Shown in pieces: positions 7,915 to 14,946 of a stretch of DNA of 32,000 bases (positions are counted from its first letter, which is position 1; the number at the start of each line of letters is the position of its first letter). The stretch comes from an uncultured Clostridia bacterium (lineage in GTDB: Bacteria > Bacillota > Clostridia > Oscillospirales > Acutalibacteraceae). The notes under the pieces were generated by a model. It was not told where the DNA came from and ran no database searches. It saw only the letters and a list, made by a program, of their open reading frames with translations. Both the position numbers and the translations under genes were made by a program. The stretch covers positions 68,985 through 100,984 of the forward strand of contig CALWVE010000041.1 in NCBI GenBank assembly GCA_944384905.1, written 5' to 3'.

Positions 7915-8640
7915 ATGCCAGAAGATATTTTGTCCCGTTCTCCGCTTTTTGCGGGGATTGAAAAAGAAAAAATCGGCCATCTGTGCGCCTGTATGGGGTG
8001 CACAAACGGCCTGTATCATAAAAATGATGTCATTCTCCTGCAAGGGGATCGGGTTGGAAAAGCCGGGATCTTGTTGAGCGGTTCAATCCGGGCCGAAAGC
8101 AGCGGCTACAGCGGCGAACAAATTATTCAGTCTCGTCTGCGGGCCGGGGATGTGTTCGGCGACGCTTTGATGGCTGTACCCGAAAAAGAAAGCCCGGTCA
8201 GCATTATTGCCGAAGAAGAAACGCAGGTGCTTTTTCTCCCCTTTTCCGGCATTATGAACGGGTGCGAAAAAAACTGCCCGGAACATCAGCAGGTGCGCCT
8301 CAATCTGATGCGCGAAATCGCAGAAAAATTCTGGGGATTAAACCGAAAAGTGACTTATCTGAGCATCCGTTCTCTGCGCGGGCGCATAGCCGAATACCTG
8401 CACGATGAAATGAAGCAGAATCACAGCCAAACGCTTTATATTCCATACACACGGGAGGAACTCGCGGCCTTATTGGGCGTAAATCGCAGCGCTCTCTCAC
8501 GGGAATTAAGCCGAATGGCCCGGGAAGGCCTGATCTCCGTTTATCGGAACTCTTTCCGCATTTTGCAGCCCGAACAGCTCGATGCCTGCCGAACCGGAGA
8601 ATGTATGCAAAATTCTATCAATCAATACAGCAAAAAATAA
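7915..8640 (+). CDS. Crp/Fnr family transcriptional regulator (Cys-rich)
   Basis: cNMP-binding-like beta-roll (LFAGI...GDVFGD) and C-terminal HTH (REELAALLGVNRSALSRELSRMAREGLI). I prefer ATG 7915 (AAGAGG 6 nt upstream) over the track start 7894, which has no RBS and lies inside the palindrome. Confidence 0.87.
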   Translation: MPEDILSRSPLFAGIEKEKIGHLCACMGCTNGLYHKNDVILLQGDRVGKAGILLSGSIRAESSGYSGEQIIQSRLRAGDVFGDALMAVPEKESPVSIIAEEETQVLFLPFSGIMNGCEKNCPEHQQVRLNLMREIAEKFWGLNRKVTYLSIRSLRGRIAEYLHDEMKQNHSQTLYIPYTREELAALLGVNRSALSRELSRMAREGLISVYRNSFRILQPEQLDACRTGECMQNSINQYSKK

Positions 8641-8882
8641 ACAAGCGCGGCATATTCCAAAATGGCAATCGCCGGAAATCCGAGCCGAAAATACCAATGC
8701 TTTGTTTTATGTCGGAAGAAAAACATACCAAGCGTACCGCCAATTCCCCCGCCTAACAAAACAACAAGAAACAAAGTCTTTTCGGGAATGCGCCACAAAT
8801 GACGCCGCGCACGCCGTTTATCGATTCCCATCAGTGAAAAGGCCAAAATATTGATCCCTAAAAGAATATACCAAACCCACAT
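8622..8882 (-). CDS. DUF1294 domain membrane protein
   Basis: GIDKRRARRHLWRIPEKTL...GGGIGGTLGMFFFRHKTKHWYF is the DUF1294 signature. I prefer ATG 8882 (AGGAGA 6 nt upstream) over 8900. The 3' end overlaps the convergent regulator gene by 19 nt. Confidence 0.8.
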   Translation of the reverse strand: MWVWYILLGINILAFSLMGIDKRRARRHLWRIPEKTLFLVVLLGGGIGGTLGMFFFRHKTKHWYFRLGFPAIAILEYAALVYFLLY

Positions 8883-8908
8883 GAGCGTTCTCCTTTCCAT
8901 ACAGGCAA

Positions 8909-8936
8909 CAAAAAAGCAGGGCTAAAAGCCCTGCTC
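8909..8936 (-). terminator. Terminator downstream of the M23 peptidase gene
   Basis: AGCAGGGC (8915-8922) / GCCCTGCT (8927-8934), loop TAAA, followed on the minus strand by TTTTTT. Confidence 0.65.
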
Positions 8937-8949
8937 TTATTTTTAATTT

Positions 8950-10215
8950 TTACAGGCCAATAAACGGAGCCGGGTCTACGCGGGTACCGTATTCATAAAC
9001 CTCAAAGTGGAGGTGGTTACCAAACGAGTTACCCGTATTGCCTACATAGCCGATAACCTGTCCGCGCTCTACATACTGGCCGCTGGAAACCGCCAGGCTG
9101 CTGCAGTGTGCATACAGCGTGGAATAGGTGGAGTTATGAGCAATCTGTACGTAATAGCCCCAACCGTAACCCCACTCATCCGTGGAGTTAGCATCTACAA
9201 CGTAACCGCTTTCGGCAGCCACAATGGGCGTACCATAGTTTGCGGCAAAGTCGATTCCCTTATGGCCGCGATCGTCGCCCCAATAAGAGGAGATGTACAC
9301 ATAACCGGGGCAGGGCCATGCAAACATAGCGCCTGTTTCATAATCGCCGCCGGAGCCACCTTCGGAGCCGCCTTCACTGCCGGAACCGGAATCGCCGGTA
9401 TTATCATCGCCACCGGAGTTTCCGCTCTGGTTCTGATCTTCCTGCTCCAGTTTATCCTGCCAAGCTTCATCTTCAAGAATCTGCTGCAGCTGTTCTTCAA
9501 GAATGTTGCTTTCTTCTTCGGTCTGCTGACGCTGGCCTTCTACTTCAATCTGCTGGCTGCGCAGATCTTCCAAAACGGCTTCGCATTCGGCTTCCAGACT
9601 CTGCAGTTCGGCCTGCTTGTCCTCCAAAGAGGTACGAAGCTCGGCTGCGGTTTCACGATCAGCCTGAACCTGGTTTCTGGTATCTTCGGTGCGATCCATA
9701 TAAGCAGAAACTTCTTCGATCAGCTGAGCGTCGTGCTCTGTAACAGCCTTCATCAGTTCGGCCTTTTCGGCGAACTCCGTCCAGCTATTGCTGCTCAGAA
9801 GAATCTGCAGTGTGCTTTCCTGACCGGATTCGTACAGCACCTTGATGCGCTGTTTAAGCAGTTCCATCGTAGAATCGATTTCGGCTTCTGCGGCATCCAA
9901 CTCGGCATCCAGCTCACGGATGTTTTCATCCAGCGCACTGATGTTGGCAATCGAAGCATCGATTTCGTCCTGAACCGAGCTGATCTGCTCCTGCAAGGTG
10001 TTGTAATATTCAAGCTGTTTGCTTTCATCATCTTTCAAAGAATCGAGCTTGCTCTGCAGCTCGTCCTGTTGGGCCTGCAAAGCGCTGATTTCTTCTTTTA
10101 CTTCATCAGAAGTTTTTGCAAAAACTTGTCCGGCCGGGCTGCACACCACAGCGGAGGCCAGCACACAAATGCTCAGTGCGGCCGAGAGAACTCTCTGGCG
10201 AATCGGTTTGTTCAT
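8950..10215 (-). CDS. M23 family peptidoglycan metalloendopeptidase with N-terminal coiled coil (EnvC/PcsB-like architecture)
   Basis: Signal/TM segment, a long E/Q/L-rich coiled coil, a G/S/D linker, then an M23 domain with catalytic HKGIDF and GNHLHFEV motifs intact. The start is ATG 10215, or GTG 10227 as in the track. Confidence 0.88.
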   Translation of the reverse strand: MNKPIRQRVLSAALSICVLASAVVCSPAGQVFAKTSDEVKEEISALQAQQDELQSKLDSLKDDESKQLEYYNTLQEQISSVQDEIDASIANISALDENIRELDAELDAAEAEIDSTMELLKQRIKVLYESGQESTLQILLSSNSWTEFAEKAELMKAVTEHDAQLIEEVSAYMDRTEDTRNQVQADRETAAELRTSLEDKQAELQSLEAECEAVLEDLRSQQIEVEGQRQQTEEESNILEEQLQQILEDEAWQDKLEQEDQNQSGNSGGDDNTGDSGSGSEGGSEGGSGGDYETGAMFAWPCPGYVYISSYWGDDRGHKGIDFAANYGTPIVAAESGYVVDANSTDEWGYGWGYYVQIAHNSTYSTLYAHCSSLAVSSGQYVERGQVIGYVGNTGNSFGNHLHFEVYEYGTRVDPAPFIGL

Positions 10216-10328
10216 ATGTATACGCACCTACCTTTTTCAACTTAAACAATCGGTTGATGTTTCACGTCTTTTACTGAAATGAGTTTGAAATGATTTTGTA
10301 ACCTTTTTGTCACTATTTTAGCATAGAT

Positions 10329-10367
10329 AAAATCGTTATGATTCCATAAGGGAATTATAACGATTTT
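10329..10367. repeat. 39-nt near-perfect palindrome (17-bp arms); probable terminator of the 10402-10854 gene
   Basis: AAAATCGTTATGATTCC (10329-10345), loop ATAAG, GGAATTATAACGATTTT (10351-10367). The only imperfection is one G-T pair. The minus-strand RNA ends in UUUUAUCUAU. Confidence 0.5.
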
Positions 10368-10401
10368 GTAATAAAAAATTTATAATTTAATTTTTCAAAA
10401 A

Positions 10402-10854
10402 TCATTTTCTAAAGTGCGTACGATCATGATAATACCGCTCATTCAAAGCAGCGTGGCTGGAACGTGTCTTTTTCCAGCGGCTTCTGGCAGCCGAACGCGG
10501 TTCAACAGCATTCCGGCCGCGAGCCCGGGCGCCGCAGATAAACAGAATAATCACCAGCACACAAGCCAAAATCACAATCCAGGCGATCGTTCCGATCGGA
10601 TACTGCTGGCGCTCTGTCTGTGACGGCAACGATGACATGGGCTCGGTATTGATAAATTCCCGTTCTCCCGAAGATACAGCTGAATTGGCAGACGAAGCGG
10701 AAGACACCATAGACGAACCTGCTGACGATTCGATCAAACTTCCCGATTCCCCGGAAGAAACCTCAGCCGCAAAAGCAAACGTTCCCCAAGAGAGCAAGCC
10801 AAAAAGCAAAACCAACAAGAAAACCGGTGTCCACCTCCGGCGAAACTGCATCAT
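10402..10854 (-). CDS. Hypothetical Ser-rich bitopic membrane protein
   Basis: I prefer ATG 10854 (AAGGAG 6 nt upstream). It has an N-terminal signal/TM segment, a low-complexity Ser-rich region, a second TM (IAWIVILACVLVIILFI) and a basic tail. No family recognised. Confidence 0.6.
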   Translation of the reverse strand: MMQFRRRWTPVFLLVLLFGLLSWGTFAFAAEVSSGESGSLIESSAGSSMVSSASSANSAVSSGEREFINTEPMSSLPSQTERQQYPIGTIAWIVILACVLVIILFICGARARGRNAVEPRSAARSRWKKTRSSHAALNERYYHDRTHFRK

Positions 10855-10890
10855 ACACTTCTCCTTTTTCATTCCCGATTTGCTTTTCCT

Positions 10891-10919
10891 ATTATAGTAC
10901 AGAAAAGATGCGGCTGCAA
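10891..10919 (-). promoter_or_regulatory. Sigma-A-type promoter for the Ser-rich membrane protein gene
   Basis: Minus strand: TTGCAG (10919-10914), 17-nt spacer, TATAAT (10896-10891). Confidence 0.5.
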
Positions 10920-10929
10920 GAGGCGAAAA

Positions 10930-11970
10930 TCAGGCGGCGTAACGCAGCAAAACATCGGCTAAAGCATCGCCAAACAAAGACCCGGCGTAAAGAACTTCCG
11001 AAAGCGTATTGACATGGGTGCCGAATTCCACGAGCAGCGAATTGTGCGTTGCGTTCATATTATACCGGCGGTCACAAAAATCAAGCGGACGCATCAGCGA
11101 ACCATATTTTTCCGTAGCCTGTTCCTGAACTTTCAGCGCCATATGCAGATTATCCTGCCAATCCGGGAAACCATAGGAACCATCGGGATCGCGGCCGGTT
11201 ATAATCATCACCTGAGAAGCTTTGCGTCCGTTGATTTCTACCGTCGGCTTATAGGCCGTTCCGTCTTCGGCAATCATGGCGTCGCGGTGAATGTCGAGTG
11301 TCATCACAATAGAAGGATACTGTTCCAGATTCTTTTTTATGGTTTCCCACGAGCGATCGTAAGCACCTGTATAAACCGGATCGTCATGGACAGTTTTATC
11401 GTGAATCACGCCGATTCCGCGTGCACGCAGCGCTTCGGCCACCTTCTCCCCTACGGCCACCACGCTCTGGCTTTCATCTAATGTACGGGATGGGTCCGTA
11501 TCGTAAACACGGCCGGTAAAAGCCGGCAAGAAACATTCGGTGGTGTGCGTGTGGTAAATCAAAACCATCGGTGTGCCGTCCGTTAAAATGGAAATGTCCG
11601 GGTCAACCTGGAGTTCCTGCGCAAGATCGAGCCCTGCATCCGTTGTATCGCGGACAAAAAAGTTTCCGATCTGCTCCCCGCCATCCAGAAGAACCTCTTC
11701 CACCGGGTTTCCGCCTTCGGCAGGGGCTTCGCTGCTTTCTGTCTCGTTGGAAGAAACATCGGACTTGGAATAGGGCGCGTCACTTTCCAGATAGGTGATC
11801 TGCCGGTTGCCCGGCGGATTCACAATATCCCCCGAGGGCAGTATACCATGCAGACTGCCCTGCACCGCCGAGGAAATAATTACACAAACCAGCAGCAGAG
11901 AAGCCCAAACCAACCACGGGCGCACGCCGCCTTTCCGGCGGGGCCGCCGCCGAAAACCGACAAAACGCAT
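10930..11970 (-). CDS. spoIIP: Stage II sporulation protein P
   Basis: N-terminal TM segment, then the hallmark LIYHTHTTE and MTLDIHRDA motifs. Size is ~346 aa. Confidence 0.88.
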   Translation of the reverse strand: MRFVGFRRRPRRKGGVRPWLVWASLLLVCVIISSAVQGSLHGILPSGDIVNPPGNRQITYLESDAPYSKSDVSSNETESSEAPAEGGNPVEEVLLDGGEQIGNFFVRDTTDAGLDLAQELQVDPDISILTDGTPMVLIYHTHTTECFLPAFTGRVYDTDPSRTLDESQSVVAVGEKVAEALRARGIGVIHDKTVHDDPVYTGAYDRSWETIKKNLEQYPSIVMTLDIHRDAMIAEDGTAYKPTVEINGRKASQVMIITGRDPDGSYGFPDWQDNLHMALKVQEQATEKYGSLMRPLDFCDRRYNMNATHNSLLVEFGTHVNTLSEVLYAGSLFGDALADVLLRYAA

Positions 11971-12003
11971 CCCGACACCTCACCCTTTTTTTACTTCTGC
12001 GGT

Positions 12004-12033
12004 ATCTATATGCACACCGAGGGTGAGAATATG
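12004..12033 (-). promoter_or_regulatory. Weak sigma-E-like promoter candidate for spoIIP
   Basis: Minus strand: cATAtt, 17 nt, CATATAGAT. This partially matches the B. subtilis SigE pattern ATA-(16-18)-CATACAnT. Confidence 0.25.
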
Positions 12034-12040
12034 AATCGGA

Positions 12041-14176
12041 TCAGAACTTGTGGCGGCGCAGCAGCAGCGAACTGGTTACAACAGAAACGGAACTGAACGC
12101 CATACAGGTTCCGGCCACGATCGGGTTTAAAAGGCCAAAGGCCGCCAGCGGAATGCCGATTATATTATAGATAAACGCCCAGAAAAGGTTCTGGCGGATT
12201 TTACGCAGCGTCAGTTTGGAAATACGGATGGCACGCAGGCAATCGCCCAGATTGCCGCTCATAATCACCAGTCCGCTCGCGTTGGCGGCGATATCCGTAC
12301 CCGTACCCATGGCCATGCCGACATCGGCCGCAGCCAGTGCGGGCGCGTCGTTGGCGCCGTCGCCCACCATGGCGACCACACGCCCCTGTGCTTTATATTC
12401 TGCAACAATCGCCTGTTTATCCCCCGGAAGCACGCGGGCGCGCACATCTTCGATGCCGACACGGGCGGCAATGCTGCGGGCCGTCACTTCGTTATCGCCG
12501 GTCAGCATCGTCACGCGGATACCGGCCTCTTTCATGGCGGCAATCGCTTCCGCAGAACCGGGCTTAACCGGATCGGCTACGGCGATCACGCCGCAGAAAA
12601 CATCGTCGCAATACACGGCCACAGCCGTTTTTCCCTGCATTTCAAACCGCTTCAGCTCCTCGGCGGCCTGATCGTCTCCCTCTTTCGGGCGGCCCACATA
12701 AACGATATGGCCGTCTACCCGCGCCGTCACGCCAAAGCCGACCTGCGCCGAAAAATCTTCCGACTGAGGCAAGGACTCTTCCCGTTCTTCTGCATAAGCG
12801 GCGATGGCGCGTCCAATGGGATGTTCGCTGTCCCGCTCGGCCGCACCGGCCAGATGAAGCAGTTCGTCTACGCCCATCCCGTGTCCTTTCAGATCGGTTA
12901 CTTCGGGCGTACCCAGCGTAATCGTACCGGTTTTATCGAGCACAATCTGGTTGATACGGCTGGCGGTTTCCAGCGCATCGGCATCGCGGATCAAAATACC
13001 CGCACCCGCGGCCATACCGGAGCCCACCATAATCGCGGTAGGGGTAGCCAATCCCAGCGCACACGGGCAGGCAATCACCATCACGCCCACACCGTGGCTC
13101 ACGGCCACATCCAAATTGCCGGTCACCCATAAAGTGATGAGAAAAGTGATGACAGCCAGACTCAGAATCGTGGGAACAAAAACCGCCGCCACACGATCGA
13201 CTGTTTTCTGGATAGGCGGGCGGCTTTCCTGCGCGCCGCGCACCATTTTCACAATGGCCTGCAGCATCGTCGCGCCGCCCGTCTGTGCCACACGGAACGT
13301 AACCGCGCCTTCGCGGTTCACCGTTCCGGCGTAAACGGGATCACCCGGATGCTTTTCCACGGGGATGCTTTCGCCCGTGAGCATCGATTCATCCACGGCG
13401 GAAATGCCGGAAACGATTTCCCCGTCGGCCGCCACGGCTTCTCCGGGACGCACACGCACTTCGTCGCCCTCCTGAAGCTGTGAAACCGGAACCGCTTCTT
13501 CTTTTCCGCCGCGCACAACCGTAGCCTGACGAGGCTGCAACCGCAAAAGCGAATCCACAGCATCGTTGGCGCGCAGTTTGGCGCGGGACTCAAACAGTTT
13601 ACCCAGCAGAACCAGCGTAATCACCATGGCGCTGGCCTCGAAATAAAACGTATGGCCGCCGGAGAAAAGCTGCCACACGCTGTAGGCGTAGGCGCAAAGC
13701 GTACCCAGCGACACCAGCACATCCATGTTGGCGCTGCCGGCGCGGATGGAATCAAACGCACCGCGGAAAAAGCGGAATCCGATGATAAACTGCACCGGCG
13801 TGGCAAAAGCAAATTGCAGCCAGCCGTTATGCAGCACATGCATGGCGGCAGAATTCGGCGCCGCGAACATCAACACCATCATCACAAAAAACGGCAGAGA
13901 CAACACCAGCGACGCTAAGAACGTTGCCCAAAGCAGCCGATACTCCCGCTTTTGGAAATCCGATTTATTTTCAATCACGCTGTAGCCCGCTTTTTTCACA
14001 CACTTTTTCATAGCGGACGGCGTAACACGCGCTTCATCATACGTAACAGCCGCCGATTCCGACGCATAACTCACCGAGGCTGCTTCGACGCCGGGCAATT
14101 TTTTGAGCGCCCGTTCCACGGCATTCGCACACATCACACAGTGCATACCGCCGATTTCAAGATCGATTTCTTTCAT
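12041..14176 (-). CDS. copA: Copper-translocating P1B-type ATPase
   Basis: One N-terminal HMA domain (GMHCVMC), TGES, CPC ([11 protein letters not shown]), DKTGT, SEHP and GDGANDAP motifs. 711 aa. Confidence 0.93.
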   Translation of the reverse strand: MKEIDLEIGGMHCVMCANAVERALKKLPGVEAASVSYASESAAVTYDEARVTPSAMKKCVKKAGYSVIENKSDFQKREYRLLWATFLASLVLSLPFFVMMVLMFAAPNSAAMHVLHNGWLQFAFATPVQFIIGFRFFRGAFDSIRAGSANMDVLVSLGTLCAYAYSVWQLFSGGHTFYFEASAMVITLVLLGKLFESRAKLRANDAVDSLLRLQPRQATVVRGGKEEAVPVSQLQEGDEVRVRPGEAVAADGEIVSGISAVDESMLTGESIPVEKHPGDPVYAGTVNREGAVTFRVAQTGGATMLQAIVKMVRGAQESRPPIQKTVDRVAAVFVPTILSLAVITFLITLWVTGNLDVAVSHGVGVMVIACPCALGLATPTAIMVGSGMAAGAGILIRDADALETASRINQIVLDKTGTITLGTPEVTDLKGHGMGVDELLHLAGAAERDSEHPIGRAIAAYAEEREESLPQSEDFSAQVGFGVTARVDGHIVYVGRPKEGDDQAAEELKRFEMQGKTAVAVYCDDVFCGVIAVADPVKPGSAEAIAAMKEAGIRVTMLTGDNEVTARSIAARVGIEDVRARVLPGDKQAIVAEYKAQGRVVAMVGDGANDAPALAAADVGMAMGTGTDIAANASGLVIMSGNLGDCLRAIRISKLTLRKIRQNLFWAFIYNIIGIPLAAFGLLNPIVAGTCMAFSSVSVVTSSLLLRRHKF

Positions 14177-14208
14177 CTGTCTGAACCTCCGATTTAATAT
14201 CTACAAAT

Positions 14209-14237
14209 ATGGTATACTTTAAATCTGCAATTGTCAA
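14209..14237 (-). promoter_or_regulatory. Candidate copA promoter
   Basis: Minus strand: TTGACA (14237-14232), 17-nt spacer, TACCAT (14214-14209). Confidence 0.35.
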
Positions 14238-14308
14238 GTCCCCTCAAAGAATCGGATGATTTTTTATAAGATTTCTTTCCGACATCGAAAAAATTCATAT
14301 TTCATCTG

Positions 14309-14348
14309 TTTACAAAGGGTATTGGGCATGATATACTAATCAAGTATA
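14309..14348 (+). promoter_or_regulatory. Promoter of the small-ORF/copZ transcript with an overlapping inverted repeat
   Basis: TTTACA (14309-14314), 17-nt spacer, TGaTATACT (14329-14337). The inverted repeat TATACT-N5-AGTATA (14332-14348) overlaps the -10. Confidence 0.55.
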
Positions 14349-14407
14349 AATTAACTGAATTTAAAGAAAAGTCGGCCGCTCGGGCCGGAAACGGAAAGGA
14401 GATCCGT

Positions 14408-14527
14408 ATGAGCAAAGCAACCGCAAAAAAGAATAAACCCACTGCCATGCAGCTTGCCGTACGTATTGTAGCCGGTGTGCTGGCCGTGTTGATGATTGTT
14501 ACCATGTTTGCCGGACTGCTGTTCTAA
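14408..14527 (+). CDS. 39-aa single-TM protein upstream of copZ (absent from the ORF track)
   Basis: ATG at 14408 follows AAAGGAG (14395-14401). Translation is MSKATAKKNKPTAMQLAVRIVAGVLAVLMIVTMFAGLLF, TAA at 14525-14527. It is 27 nt upstream of copZ with no terminator between. Confidence 0.45.
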   Translation: MSKATAKKNKPTAMQLAVRIVAGVLAVLMIVTMFAGLLF

Positions 14528-14554
14528 GCAGCATTTAGAAAGGAGCCATTTAAA

Positions 14555-14779
14555 ATGTCCCTGTTTTCCAAAAAAGAAAAAATCACAATCGGTGTAGAAG
14601 GTATGCACTGCCAGATGTGCGTGAAAAACCTGACCCGCGGTCTGAAAGAAACAAACGGTATCACGGACGCTGTTGTCAGCCTGGAAGAGAAAAACGCCAT
14701 GGTGACGTTTGATCCCGCCAAAATCGACGCCGAAGGCATTCGCGCTGTCGTGCGTGAATGCGGCTATCAGCCTGTATAA
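14555..14779 (+). CDS. copZ: Copper chaperone / heavy-metal-associated domain protein
   Basis: HMA fold with GMHCQMC, 74 aa, RBS AAAGGAG. Confidence 0.88.
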   Translation: MSLFSKKEKITIGVEGMHCQMCVKNLTRGLKETNGITDAVVSLEEKNAMVTFDPAKIDAEGIRAVVRECGYQPV

Positions 14780-14796
14780 TTTTTGTTTTGCTTTTC

Positions 14797-14826
14797 AGCG
14801 TCCGCTTACGGCGGACGCTTTTTGTT
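14797..14826 (+). terminator. Rho-independent terminator after copZ
   Basis: AGCGTCCGC / GCGGACGCT stem, 5-nt loop, TTTTTGTTT. Confidence 0.75.
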
Positions 14827-14855
14827 TAAAAAGCGTGTTCTTCCCTTTCCTGCCC

Positions 14856-14884
14856 TTGCATTTTGGCGGGTAAAAGGCTATAAT
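14856..14884 (+). promoter_or_regulatory. Sigma-A-type promoter for metG
   Basis: TTGCAT (14856-14861), 17-nt spacer, TATAAT (14879-14884). Confidence 0.55.
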
Positions 14885-14946
14885 AATGATTAGCTGTGCG
14901 AATTTCGTACAGCCGTGTACACCTAAAAAATTTGGAGGTCAACACA

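Noticed and set aside
9330-9440. Repetitive GGnGAnCC-type DNA inside the M23 gene, considered as a possible tandem repeat or contingency locus
   Set aside because: It encodes the G/S/D/E-rich flexible linker between the coiled coil and the M23 domain. The repeats are imperfect and in frame, so this is ordinary low-complexity coding sequence.
9007-10245. 412-aa plus-strand ORF over the M23 peptidase gene
   Set aside because: It is antisense to a gene with clear M23 catalytic motifs and a signal peptide, and its translation is repetitive with no recognisable domain.
11978-12026. CTCACCCT...AGGGTGAG inverted repeat as a copA terminator
   Set aside because: The 8-bp arms are separated by a 33-nt loop, and no proper T-run follows on the minus strand. 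It is unconvincing as an intrinsic terminator.
14195-14215. CopY-type cop box in the copA promoter (TACAAATATGG)
   Set aside because: It only partly matches TACAnnTGTA (the second half-site is wrong), and no copY gene is in the window.
14827-14946. Possible T-box leader upstream of metG
   Set aside because: Only about 60 nt lie between the predicted promoter and the start codon, far too short for a T-box (typically over 200 nt). No terminator/antiterminator pair or T-box sequence was seen.
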